Below, in pieces: positions 10,967-23,668 of a stretch of DNA of 64,000 nt. The position numbers and the translations under genes are program-made. How positions within the stretch are numbered: position 1 is the first letter of the stretch; each line of letters starts with the position of its first letter. The notes under the pieces are model-generated. The model saw only the letters and a list, made by a program, of their open reading frames with translations, had not been told where the DNA came from and did not search any database. This DNA comes from Octopus sinensis (taxonomy: Eukaryota): positions 1,488,001 through 1,552,000 of the forward strand of contig NC_043003.1 in the NCBI RefSeq assembly GCF_006345805.1. Direction: 5' to 3'.

Positions 10967-13810
10967 CAGGGGTCTCCAAAGTTTTCCAGCGGAGGGCCAC
11001 ATTGCTGAATTTTTAAAGCTACGGGGGCCAAGGTTCTAAATTATTTATTTTGCCAAAATAATATAAATAAATAGTGAATTAATAATTAAAAAAGGTTATT
11101 TATTCAGTACATAATCACAATGTATATAATATCAGTAACAATTAACATGTTTTTTTAAACTTTGATCAATAGGGGAAACATGAAATTGTTTCATTTCTGA
11201 CAAAATTTTGTCCAACTGAGGTTCAAAATGAGTGGTTCCAATAACAAGCAATGCATTTAAATGTTCATCAGACAATTGTGATCTGTAGCAGGATTTTGTG
11301 TATTTCATCTTTGAAAAAGTCTTCTCACACAAATATGTGGTGCCAAAAACTGAAATGAATTCACAGGCAAACCTCCTTAAATGAAGAAATTGGTCGGATG
11401 GAAGGCATTTGTAGAATTCAATCAAATTTCCCTCTTTATATTTGTCCTTCAGGATGTCATTGGATTGCAAATCAATAACTTCCATTTGTAACTCAGAAGA
11501 ACAGAGTTAAATGGATTTTCAAAAATTCTTAGTTTTGAAGAACATGCATCAAGATCAGAAAAACGTTCTTCAAACTGTTGTTTCAAAGCTAAAATGACAT
11601 CTTGAGCAAACAAGTTTGGAAATGGAGTGGCAGCTTCCTGTCTATATTTGTCACATCGTGAAAAATGAGTAAAGCAGCTTCTTGTTAACTGACTTTCAAA
11701 TAGTATTAATTTCTTACGAAAAGCTTTCACCTTTGAGTACAAATCACAGATGAGTGAAGTTTCACCTTGTATCCGTAGGTTGAAATCATTGAGATGCATA
11801 GTTAAATCGGCTGAAAATGCTAATTTCCAGAGCCATTCACTGTCTTTGAGCAACACCTGTGAATGGTTTTTCTCATTTAAAAATATTTCAATTTCAGTTC
11901 GAAGCTCAAAAAATCTAGCCAGAATTTTTCCATAGCTAAGCCATCTTACTGAAGTATAGTAAGGTAGGTCTGGAAACTCAGCATTCATTTCCTCCAAGAA
12001 ATCACGAAATTGGCGATGTTTGAGTCCATGAGATCTTATGTAGTTAACAGTGGAAATCACAGGATCTAATACAGATGATAAATCAAGATGCTTTCCACAC
12101 AGTGCTTGCTGATGAAGAATACAATGCAATACCAAAGGTTTCAATCCACCGGAATTCTCAATTACTTTGTTAATTTGCCCAACTAAGCCCTTTTTGGTTC
12201 CACACATATTTCTGCCACCATCTGTTGTTATGCATTTTAGTTTTTTCCATTCCAAATTATACTCAGCCACTGACTTTTCCACTTCTCTAAAAATATCTAT
12301 GCCTGTTGTTGTTCCATGCATGCTGTGCACAGATACAAGTTCCTCAGTAATCTCAAAATTGGCATTTATTCCTCTGATGAACAATAACAATTGGGATGTG
12401 TCTGATACATCAATTGACTCATCAAGTGCAACAGAAAAGCATACAAACTTGCTGGCTTTGTCTTTTAGCTGTGATTTAATATTTCTTTCAATATGTTCAA
12501 CCCTACGAGCAACAGTGTTCGCAGAAAGACTAATTGCGGAAAATAAATCTACGTTTTCTGGACACATTTCCTTAGCTACCTCATTCAAGCACTTTTAAAT
12601 AAGTTCACCATCTGTAAATGGCTTACCTTTCTTCGCCAAAAGGTTAGCAACATGGAAGCTTGCTCTTGTTGCTCTCTCTTTTTCTACAGCCCTCTTCTTG
12701 AAAACAAACTGCATTGATGATAAATTCTTCTTTAATTTGTCAAATTTCTCTTTACGTAGCTGTCCAATGAATTGGTAGTACTGTGATGAATGCTTTTTTT
12801 CATAATGTCTCCGAATGTTGTACTCTTTAAGTACTGCAATTGTGTCGGTGCATATAACGCATAGTGCCTTGTTGTTTGACTCTATGACAAAATAGTCTAT
12901 GTTCCATTGTTCCTTAAAAACTCTACACTCAGAGTCGATTTTTCGTTTTCTTCCTTGAGCTAACATTTTTACCATGGGTCGACAGATTTTGCTCGACGAT
13001 ATATGTAAAAGGACGAAACAAGTAAAAACAATATTCACAGGTCACTCGATACGTGCATTCACTTCGGCAGCGACGACGACAAATGACTCACACTTGTGCA
13101 CAACGAAAACGCCAAGTCTGTGCTGACTGACGGAATGCGCATCGAACTTTACTCCACGCTGATTGGCGACTGCACCAGGATTAGAAACCACCACACAACG
13201 TCAGGCTCAACCCTCTCTATTCATCGCTCGTGAGATGTAGGTAACATCGATAAATCGATATTTGTCTTCTTTTATTATACTAGGCACGGGACTTTTATTA
13301 ACGTCATACTTGTCGTATCTGCTCTCTCGACAGTTGACGGAATAGGTTGACTTTTCTGCGACATCAATAAAGCTAGAAATTGAATCTCTGCTTCATTGTA
13401 AGCAGCACCATCCATCTCACTGACAATCGCCTATTATCTAAGATGAATGATAGGTAGCTCCATAGCGAAGTTAATTCATTTTATGGTGGGTCTGATGGGT
13501 CAGTTAAAACGGGGGGAGTGGAAAAGAACCTATATTTACACTAAAGTTTAGTGTATAAATTTTTAATTCGCCGGCGCAATTTAAAGACATTAATTGATGG
13601 CAAATCAATTAGCGTCGTCTTGCGTCTATTTGCTGTACTATATTTGTCAAACGTATTAAAAGGGGTGTAAAGTATATTTGTTTTTGTATGATTTCGGCAA
13701 GGCTTGTTTTTCGACATTTGTTTTATAATTTTGGAGGACAGCTCGGCGGGCCGGATTAAAAACCTTGGCGGGCCGAATCCGGCCCGCGGGCCGTACTTTG
13801 GAGACCCCTG
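10967..13810 (-). mobile_element. hAT DNA transposon, Buster/Charlie (GTF2IRD2/SPIN-like) group, full length 2844 bp
   Basis: Perfect 16-bp TIR CAGGGGTCTCCAAAGT at both ends; 8-bp TSD CTCTAAGC (10959-10966 and 13811-13818) with central TA; transposase ORF inside. Confidence 0.96.
11132..12975 (-). pseudogene. hAT transposase (~600 aa) with one in-frame stop (12597-12595) and one frameshift (~11490)
   Basis: KRKIDSECRVFKEQW..YF...ALCVIC...KEYNIRRHY zinc finger; FSVALDES; CITTDGGRNMCG; HCILHQQALC; VRWLS; FGTTYLCEKTFSKMKYTKS..RSQLSDEHL dimerisation motif. Confidence 0.93.
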
Positions 13811-13936
13811 CTCTAAGCGATCGGGTTCGGTCGTCTTCTCCGAGCCATCAGAGAACGCGCCGACGACGGCGCGGAACGCCGCCGCGCGTAAGCGGACTCG
13901 TCGGCCAGATCCGAGGACCTCACCGGACCGTTCGAC

Positions 13937-13977
<41 letters not shown>

Positions 13978-14162
13978 GATCGACGCGGGCTGATGACCCG
14001 CGCCTACCGGGAATTCCTCGTTCACGGGGTTGGTTCCAGACCCCGATCCCTATCACAGGAGATGGTTCAGAGGTTTCCCGACTCTCGCGGGCCGGGGGAT
14101 ATGCGCCCACCGACACCACCAGTGTATCGCGCGGGCGGCCCCGGACATCTTAGGGCATCACA
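13811..14162 (-). rRNA. 18S rRNA fragment (orphon pseudogene), proximal to the hAT insertion, 5'-truncated
   Basis: GACGGGCGGTGTGTACAAAGGGCAGGGAC, GGGAATTCCTCGTTCA and CCCCGGACATCTTAGGGCATCACA are universal SSU motifs (reverse complement); ends abruptly in TATATA. Confidence 0.92.
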
Positions 14163-14550
14163 TATATATATTCTTTTTTAAATTTCTCAAATTTATTTAC
14201 CTATATCGTATCATGTCTTCGCTATGTTGTGAAATATGGAGTTCCAGGCAGGGGAAGGTAATCAGGGATTTTTCGGTATAAGGGAGATAAATCAAAGATG
14301 TTAGGAATGACTAGGCTTGATTAATCTAACATGATTTGGTTTAGAAGGAATAGAATGTTACAAGTGGTTAGGTTTTGCTTTATATTTTTTTCATCGAGGT
14401 AAGTTTTCTTATTTAAAAACGTTAGAAATGGTTAAGTTTTGGCTTATATTTTTCAATGAAGAAGGTTTCCTTATTTAGTCTAACTTGTGTTGGTGTTCCA
14501 ATGGCACATTAATAGAATGGAAAGATTACAAATTGTGGTAGCAGTTGCTT

Positions 14551-14908
14551 TGCGCCTTTCTCAATGTGTTTACTAAAGAGTATCATTCTGTATTCTGGGA
14601 ATGCAATGTGTTGTCGATGCAGAGTGCATCTGCGTTCGAGCGATAATCCCGTGGACCCTATGTAGCTTTGGTGGCAGCCCGAGCATCTTAGGACATAAAT
14701 CAGGTTTTCTGAAGCACAAGTAAAATCAGTGCGCCTTTCTCAATGTGTTTACTAAAGGGTATCATTCTGTATTCTGGGAATGCAATATGTTGTCGATGCA
14801 GAATGCATCTGCGTTCGAGCGATAATCCCGAGGACCCTATGTAGCTTTGGTGGCAGCCCGAGCATCTTAGGACATAAATCAGGTTTTCTGAAGCACAAGT
14901 AAAATCAG
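14551..14908. repeat. 179-bp direct tandem duplication
   Basis: 14551-14729 matches 14730-14908 with a few substitutions. Confidence 0.95.
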
Positions 14909-16370
14909 ATTGGCCAGCCGGGAGCTATAGTAGAAATCACTTGACCAATGTGCGATGTAGTGGGACTGAACCCGAAACCTTGTGGTTGGTAAGCAGGCTT
15001 CTTAGCAACTAAATATATCGCTGAACGTTATTGTTTCTTTCAACAGAGTAAAAAAAAAAGAATTATGTATGTCGCATTTCATTAACAATGGGAAAGAAAT
15101 CCAAAGAATAAAAGTATTCCACCCTGTAATCTGGAAATCTTTAGAAATCTTGAAGAAAGAACAATGAGGAGACAAAATTACAATCAAAGAGCGAATCAGT
15201 TGTGCGGGAAATTCACAAAACAGGAAAAAAATATTAAGATAATACAGCAGAATTCAACGCATCATCAATGAATTTCAGAGTCACAAAATACTGGATTATT
15301 TTAGCGACATCGCTAATAATTTATCTAAAGAACATTTCTTTCTTCTTCCAATTTAAAAGTGTGTTATCTTTTTTTATTGCATTTTTGTAATACTATTTTA
15401 GAAGTAACATTGATTTTTTTTTTTTTTTGGAACAAATTTGATAATAATTTCTGTCTTTGAATTTACCGACGACGTATTTGGCATGGTGATGGATTTGTTG
15501 ACGATGTATTGTTATCAGCTTGCAATTAGGTTGCGATAAAAATACGAATCGATGTATTCACTGCAATGTAATTATCCACAGTGTATTTATCGTGATGAAT
15601 TTCCCGGATACTAATTAATTTACTTAGCTACTATTATTGCCGCGGAAACCATGAACGTTGCAACATTTTTTATTGTCTAAAGAATCTTTTTTTCTTGGTT
15701 AATGTGCTTTAAATATTATTCTTTGCCGTTTTAATTTTTTATTTATTTATTTGTAACAATATCTTACTTTTTCTTTCTTTCTTTCTCCTTCTATGAATCG
15801 TTCCTTTCTTCATCTCATTCCTATTCACACTCTCCGCCTCTTCCTTTTTTCTTTCCTTCAAATTTAAATCTCTCCCACTCCCTTTCAATTTATTCCTTCT
15901 CTCTCTCCCTCTCTCCTTTCCTCCATTTTCTGCAATTCTTTCGTTTCCTTCCTATTTTCCTTCCGTTCTTTCTCTTCCATCCTTACTTCCCAACCTTTCA
16001 ATTTGTTTCCAACCCTATTTCACTTTCCCTCTCTCTTTCACACACACACACACATACACACACACACACACACACATACACACGCGCGTACACACTTTCT
16101 TCTCTCATTCTCTTTCCTGTCTTCTTACAACCCCCTCCCTTATTCTTTATCATTAACTCCTCCTCCTCCTCCTTCTACCCTCTTCTCTAACCTTTCATTC
16201 TCATTGTCTTTTCTATCATTTACATACCTTCACTTTCTTTTCTTTCTCACTCTTCCCGCCTCTCTCTCTCGCTTTTCTCCTTCCCTAACTCTTTCACTCC
16301 TCCTCCCTTCCGTGTCTCCTTCATCTCCCACCACCACCACCACCGCCCGTCATTCCCCCTCATATTTTAA

Positions 16371-16574
16371 GTGTTCCGACTGGATGACCTGGAAGACATA
16401 AGATACATCGACGACAGTGACGACGATATGCTGTTCCCCTGTCAAAGCGATGGAGAAGATTATGGAAACGAAGGGTCAGATTCCGAAGAGGATGGTAATG
16501 GTGGTTCCAATGAAAGGAGAAAACTATTAAAAACAAACAGCGGAGGATTCACCGCAACCTTTCTCTTGAATTAA
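16371..16574 (+). CDS. Candidate terminal coding exon, acidic (FRLDDLEDIRYIDDSDDD...TATFLLN*), gene unknown
   Basis: Long pyrimidine-rich run ending TTTTAAG|, then an open frame with protein-like composition to TAA; no homology recognised. Confidence 0.3.
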   Translation: MFRLDDLEDIRYIDDSDDDMLFPCQSDGEDYGNEGSDSEEDGNGGSNERRKLLKTNSGGFTATFLLN

Positions 16575-17599
16575 GACTTTTCATAGCATAAGTATATTCC
16601 TATCAATATTGATATTAAAGAACGGATTAGGCGACCAACTGGCAGAAGCGTTAATGGTATTTCTTCTGGCTCTATACGTTGCGAGTTCGAATTCCAACGA
16701 GGTTGACTTTGCCTTTCATCTTTTCGGGGTCGATTAAATAAGTACCAGTGAAGTACTGGGGTCGATGTAATCGACTTAATCCCTTCCCTCAAAACTGCTG
16801 GCCTTGTACGAAAATTTAAAACAATATGAAAGAACAGGTTATAATATAAGTTAAACAAAGAGAGTGATCTAAAAACGGTGGAGTTACATTTCCACAGAAG
16901 AATTGGAGCAACGTTTTTCAAAATTACAACTTCCAAGGCACTCTAAACCCCCGCAGAAATTCTGGTAAAATATTCTGTTCTTCCTCCTTCCTAACTCTTT
17001 ATTAATGAGAGACGAAAATAGAGTTTGTATTTATGTAATTCTTTCTTGTTTATTTTTTTATAGATTCTAATTTCTTAGAAATATGGCTATGAAAAAAATA
17101 TTAATTTTATTAACCCTTTTCCTTAAACTGACCATATCTGGCAAAAACATTCTATTTGTTTTTTGTTCAACCTAGCTAGAGCCGGCCTCTCACACCTACC
17201 CTAAAATGTCATTCCAAAAACATACAACAATATCATCGATGTCTCGAGACTACGAGATGATGTAGGATTAATTCAAAACAATGGGAATAAATAAGCATCA
17301 CATTTGGCAGAGAAACCTGAATGCTGAAGGGTTACAAATGGCAATTCGTCCGTCATCTTTTCATTGTCCAAAGGATCCTTTACGAAATCCTACCATTTTG
17401 CCTTCCCCCCCCCAACCCCGGAGAAACAATGAACGACAACACACAATAAAAATGGACAATTTTATAAATATTCATTGATCAGTGAAATTTTTACGAAATC
17501 TGATTTCCTTTTCAAATTGTTTTGTCGTTTATTTTTTCTTTTATTGTTTCTGTTACCAGACTGTGGCCATGCCGGGGCATCGCCTTCAAGAATTTTCAA

Positions 17600-17930
17600 G
17601 AATTATTATTATTATTACTATTATTATTACATTTAACAATATTATTATTAGAATTATTATTATTATTTATTATTATTATTACTATTATTATTATTATTAT
17701 TATTACATTTAACAATATTATTATTAGAATTATTATTATTATTTATTATTATTATTACTATTATTATTATTATTATTATTACTATTATTATTACATTTTA
17801 TTATTATTATTATTATATTATTATTACTATTATTACTATTATTATTATTATTATTACATTATTATTATTATTGCATTATTATTACTATTACTACTATTAC
17901 TATTATTACTATTATTATTATTATTATTAA
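17600..17930. repeat. (ATT)n compound microsatellite, representative of many (TA)n, (CA)n, (GTA)n, (CAGA)n and (CAT)n tracts
   Basis: Directly visible; other examples at 5005-5221, 8313-8520, 10259-10470, 24360-24443. Confidence 0.95.
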
Positions 17931-18436
17931 TTAAAAACTGATCAAGAAAGAAAGTGAAACTGGATGTAGGTAGGCAGCAGGAAGAGAGAAGCCTCTCTGT
18001 TGGATGCGTAAACTGCGAATGAAGCACAAGAGAGAAGCGATATTGAATGAGGCAAAAGTATTAGCATAGAGTTGCAGCCCTTTACACAGGGAGAGAGAGG
18101 GAGAGTCTTCTCAGCCTCATTATCAGAATGAAGAGATGATATTGGTATAACTAGTAAAACGTTGCCACATCTTACATTAAGCAGTAAGAGATAATAGGAA
18201 TGATACTGTAAGCGATAGAATCAATGTCGCTAGATTTCAATTATTTAACAGTTAATCGCTGTAGTTCCAAACTGATCTTAAACGACAAATAAGGAAATGG
18301 GGGGGGGGGAGAAATCTTCAAGTAAAGTATTAGACTCACTCAGAGCTATCTCTTCAAAATGGTCTGTTTGGAAGGAAAAGCTACAGCATACATACATGCA
18401 TACATGATAGACAGATGGACAGACAGACAGGAAGGC

Positions 18437-18484
<48 letters not shown>

Positions 18485-19526
18485 GCACACACAATGTAAT
18501 GAACGTGAGCCCAACACCCAAACCGTTTTCATGCGTCTTCACAGACATTGTAGGTGCAACTGTATGTGTGTAAGAGAGAGAGAAAGAGAGAGAGAGAGGG
18601 GCATTACACTGTATTAATTGAACACGATTGACGTAGACACTTTCCCCTCTCCTCAGACACATAAAGAGAAATATGCCGAAACACATAAATAGAAGTGATG
18701 GGAGAGAACAGAAGGAAACACTAAAACGTCCAATATCAGCGTCCATTCAGTGACACCGAGTAAGTGGCGTCAATACGGCCGTGCCAAAACGTCCCATTCT
18801 AGACTGACTGAGATTATCAAAGCTCAAAAATATGTTGATTCTTTCAGCAGTTTTACCTTCCAGGCTGTGAATCAGAATGATTTGTGTCAATCTTTTCCCG
18901 CTCCATAAATAATCAGCCGTGCCTGGTTTTCTTTCTTTCATCTCTCTACGAATTGGTAGATCGGTCCCGAGTCCTAGGACCCACAGGGCTAGCTACCAGG
19001 TATCCACGGCATATAAGTAACCGAAATCACAGCATTTCCCTCAGAATGGGAAGCTGGTCCGTCGCAAGGCTCTTTATTTACAGCTGCGGGGAGTGTGGTA
19101 CTGGAGCAACGTAAAATGAAGTGTTTTAACAAATAACACAACACACCACCCAGTCCTGGAATCGAAACCATGATCGTTAGATCGTGAGTGCATCACTCTA
19201 ACTGCTAAGCCACGTAAATCCAATCTCCACGAATTACGACTTCACAATATCCACCAAGGAAGAGGTTAGTCCCGCCTTTATATTCAATATCTTGACCATA
19301 AGGTATGCGACAATATACATATGGGGTTGGGTCAAGATCTTTTAAATGGAGGCTATTTTCGCGAAAGATCTCCACGGCTGCTTTTGAATTATGCCTCGAT
19401 GAAATTAGCGTGCAAGTGGAAGAGTACTCCATAGACACGTGTACCCTTAACGTAGCAGTATTTCGTCCGTTCTGAGTTCAAATTCCGCCGAGGTCGACTT
19501 TGCCTTTCATTCTTTCAGGATCGATG

Positions 19527-19920
19527 TAGGAGTGGCTGTGTGGTAAGTGGCTTGCTTACGAACTACATGGTTCCGGGTTCAGTCCCACTGCGTGACACCT
19601 TGGGCAAGCGTCTTTTACTATAGCCTCGGGCCGACCAAAGCCTTGTGAGTGGATTTGGTAGACGGAAACTGAAAGAAGCCCGTCGTATGTATATGTATAT
19701 GTGTGTGTGTGTGTTTGTGCGTCTGTGTTTGTCCCCCCACCATCGTTTGACAAACGATGCTGGTGTACTTACGTTCCCCGTAACTTAGCGGTTCAGCAAA
19801 AGAGACCGATAGAATAAGTACTAGGCTTACAAAGAATAAGTCCTTGGGTCGAAGTGCTCGACTAAAGGCGGTGCTCCAGCATGACCGCAGTCAAATGACT
19901 GAAACAAGTAAAAGAGTAAA
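19527..19920 (+). mobile_element. tRNA-derived SINE family A (abundant)
   Basis: Head GGAGTGGCTGTGTGGTAAG..GGTTCAGTCCCACTGCGTG, central (TG/TA)n, tail GACTGAAACAAGTAAAAGAG. Other copies ~9880-10260(-), 21795-22155(-), 25905-26270(-), 30385-30770(-), 63478-63783(-); partial copies at 3043, 9716 and 21640. Confidence 0.85.
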
Positions 19921-20562
19921 TTAAGAACCAGTTGAGCGCTAGTGTCGATATAATCGATTCACCCCGAGGTGACGACGAGGGTTCCAGTTGATCCAATCAA
20001 CGTAACAGACTGCTCGTGAAATAACGCGCAAATGGCTGAGTACTCCACAGACACCTGTACCCTTAATGTAGTTCTCGGGGAGATTCGGCGTGACACAGTG
20101 TGACAAGGCTGGCCCCTTTGAATTACAGGTACAACAGAAAGGAATTTTGTGTATTCTGTCAAAGCGCTTTCACTGTTGACAGCTTATCAAACACACGTGT
20201 TATGTGGTAAACAGCGAAAGAGTTTCTATACAATAAGAAAACTTCCATCAAAATGTTCGTGCCATTGTTTTTTTCTTTTTTTAAGATTCTTTTATATAAT
20301 CAATAATTTTCAATTCTTCCTTCGTATGTATGTATGTAGGTATAAAATCAGTTCTGACAACTGCAAAAGATTTCAAATTAGAGTTAGATGGCACAGGCAG
20401 AATAAAGCGTCCCAAAATAGTGTTTGATACTTACATATTTATCCATAAGAGAAATGTTAAATGTAAAGTCAATAGTAGTGAATTTTGGACTTAAAACATT
20501 GCTATATATTATTACCAATCTAATATCACCACCTCCAGAAATTAAATTCGCGCGTGCGTATT

Positions 20563-20785
20563 GCGTGGCAGAATCGTTAGCATGCCGGGCGAAATGCGTA
20601 GCTGTATTTCGTCTGACGTTACGTTCTGAGTTCGAATTCCGCCGAGGTCGACTTTGCCTTTCATCCTTTCGGGGTCGATAAATTAAGTACCAGTTACGCA
20701 CTGGGGTCGATGTAATCGGCTTAATTCCTTTGTCTGTCCTTGTTTGTCCACTCTATGTTTAGCTCCTTCTGGGCAATAAAGAAAT
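20563..20785 (+). mobile_element. tRNA-derived SINE family B
   Basis: GGCAGAATCGTTAG..GAGTTCGAATTCCGCCGAGGTCGACTTTGCCTTTCATCCTTTCGGGGTCGAT. Other copies ~16620-16820, 26467-26850, 34305-34510(-), 39670-39825(-), 46195-46395(-), 48065-48285(-). Confidence 0.85.
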
Positions 20786-20969
20786 ATATATATATACAGT
20801 ATTGGCCAAAAGTCACGTGACAGTAAGTCAAAGCCATTTAATTCCAAGATTTATTTATGTTTAACAACTGAATGAATTTATTAAAAGCATCTAAATATGA
20901 AACATCATGAAAATTGTTCAAACTGGAGTCCTTCTCGAGCGACACAATTACAAAATTACAGATAATATT

Positions 20970-21318
20970 GTGGAGGCGCAATGGCCCAGTGGTTAGGGCA
21001 GCGGACTCGCAGTCGTAGGATCGCGGTTTCGATTCCCAGACCGGGCGTTGTGGGTATTTATTGTGTGAAAACTCCCAAAGTTCTACGAGGCTCCGACAGG
21101 GGATGGTGACGAACCCTTCTGTACTCTTTCACCACAACTTCTCTCACAATTTCTTACTGTTTCTGTTGTACCTGTATTTCAAAGGGCCACGCTGAATCTC
21201 CCCGAGAACTATGTTATGAGTACACAGGTGTCTGTGGAGTACTCAGCCACTTGCATGTTAATTTCACGTTGTCCCTTTGATCGGATCAATTGGAACACTC
21301 GTCGTCGTAACCGACAGA
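20970..21318 (+). mobile_element. tRNA-derived SINE family C
   Basis: Head GGAGGCGCAATGGCCCAGTGGTTAGG..GGTTTCGATTCCC. Its 3' part (GTGTCTGTGGAGTACTCAGCCACTTGCA..GGAAC) recurs inverted at 19960-20140 and 39190-39580. Confidence 0.75.
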
Positions 21319-22151
21319 TAGTATTTATGGAATTTTGATTTCAGGTTAATCAATTCCAATGTGTTCATAAAGAAATGGGTTCATTAAATGTAAATATATA
21401 TTTAACCCTTTTTAAAATTCAGAGTGTGATAAGGTTGGCTTGTTTCAATGCCTGTTTCTTTTTGCCAGCTGAGTGGACTGAGGCAAGATGAAATGAGAAG
21501 TCTGGCTCAATAACCAGTGGGATTAACGTCTTCCTTGATGTGTGTTGTAAAGTCGTAATCCGTGGAGATACCAGTTGGTATTAAAATGTGATTGGTTAGC
21601 GAATAATAAGAATTAATTTCTTTCATAGAATTTTTATAATGTGTTTACGTCTCCGTAACTTAGCGCTCCGACATAAGAGCCGATTGAATAAGTCCTGGGG
21701 TCGATTTGTTCGACTAAAAGGCGGTGCTCCAGTATGGCCGCAGTCAGATGACTGAAACAAGTAAAATAATAAAGGAAGGATATATATATATATATTACTC
21801 TTTTACTTGTTTCAGTCATTTGTCGAGCAAATCGACCCCGGGACTTATTCTTTGTAAGCCCAGTACTTATTCTATCGGTCTCTCTTGCCGAACCGCTAAG
21901 TGACGGGGACGTAAACACACCAGCATCGGTTGTCAAGCAATGCTAGGGGACAAACACAAACACACATCCACATATATATACGTATATACGACGGGGTTCT
22001 ATGAGTTTCCGTCTACCAAATCCACTCACAAGGATTTGGTCGGCTCGAGGCTATAGTAGAAGACACTTGCCCAAGGTGCCACGAAGTGGGACTGAACACC
22101 CATAACTATGTGGTTGATAAGCAAGCTACTTACCACACAGCCACTCCTGCG

Positions 22152-22197
<46 letters not shown>

Positions 22198-22199
<2 letters not shown>

Positions 22200-22879
22200 A
22201 AATGGGACAAGAACGCAAAACATCCAGATCTTTCGGAGTTTTCTTTCCTCAGTCAAGTACCAGATTATCTTTGCAATTTCGGTTGTTTATACTCGAGATT
22301 GCTCCAATCTGGCCAGCCCCAAGGAAAAACTAAGCTAAGAACATTAGATTCCTTGTAAGAAAGCAGCGAATGTATACGAAAACAAGGAAGGAAAACAATG
22401 GAGAAGGTTACACAAATACAAATAACAGGACACAACAACAGGTGTCTTTCGACTAAGGACGCATCAAATTAAGCTGGCGTGTGTGGAAGTAAAGCCTTAC
22501 GGCAGAGATACAAGATTTCACAGGTACGGGGAAGAATGTAGATGTTGCACGGACAGCGGCCGAACCAAGAAAGAAAGGTCAGGCTTGGCCGAACACCGGT
22601 CACGTGGGGAGAGAAGAGAGAGATAGGTGGAGGGATAGAAGAAATAAGGAGGTGCGAGAAAAAATGACAGGGACACAGTGAAGTGAAAAGAGGATGGAAA
22701 GTGAGCATGAAGAGGAGGCAATTAAATATAAGAGAGGGGGAACGAAAGAAGGAAGAGTGGAAGGAACAAAGTAAACGTAAAAGGGCTGATAGAAAGAAGG
22801 AAAGAATAAAAGAATAGAGTCGTACAAGATTTAGATAAATATATACTTACATATAAGAGACCAAAGTGTACGTACGCCG

Positions 22880-22953
<74 letters not shown>

Positions 22954-23633
22954 AAATGGGACAAGAACGCAAAACATCCAGATCTTTCGGAGTTTTCTTT
23001 CCTCAGTCAAGTACCAGATTATCTTTGCAATTTCGGTTGTTTATACTCGAGATTGCTCCAATCTGGCCAGCCCCAAGGGAAAACTAAGCTAAGAACATTA
23101 GATTCCTTGTAAGAAAGCAGCGAATGTATACGAAAACAAGGAAGGAAAACAATGGAGAAGGTTACACAAATACAAATAACAGGACACAACAACAGGTGTC
23201 TTTCGACTAAGGACGCATCAAATTAAGCTGGCGTGTGTGGAAGTAAAGCCTTACGGCAGAGATACAAGATTTCACAGGTACGGGGAAGAATGTAGATGTT
23301 GCACGGACAGCGGCCGAACCAAGAAAGAAAGGTCAGGCTTGGCCGAACACCGGTCACGTGGGGAGAGAAGAGAGAGATAGGTGGAGGGATAGAAGAAATA
23401 AGGAGGTGCGAGAAAAAATGACAGGGACACAGTGAAGTGAAAAGAGGATGGAAAGTGAGCATGAAGAGGAAGCAATTAAATATAAGAGAGGGGGAACGAA
23501 AGAAGGAAGAGTGGAAGGAACAAAGTAAACGTAAAAGGGCTGATAGAAAGAAGGAAAGAATAAAAGAATAGAGTCGTACAAGATTTAGATAAATATATAC
23601 TTACATATAAGAGACCAAAGTGTACGTACGCCG

Positions 23634-23634
<1 letters not shown>
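22198..23634. repeat. Near-identical tandem duplication (~685-bp unit, 754-bp period) separated and flanked by (TA)n
   Basis: 22198-22880 matches 22951-23634; the duplicated ORFs in the track are offset by 754. Confidence 0.95.

Positions 23635-23668
<34 letters not shown>

Noticed and set aside
13541-14281. Several overlapping GC-rich ORFs of 70-192 aa
   Set aside because: They overlap the 18S fragment and the hAT end; stop-poor GC-rich rDNA gives spurious ORFs.
17482-17941. Poly-L/I/Y ORFs, and YI/HT/CV-repeat ORFs elsewhere
   Set aside because: Translations of simple-sequence repeats.
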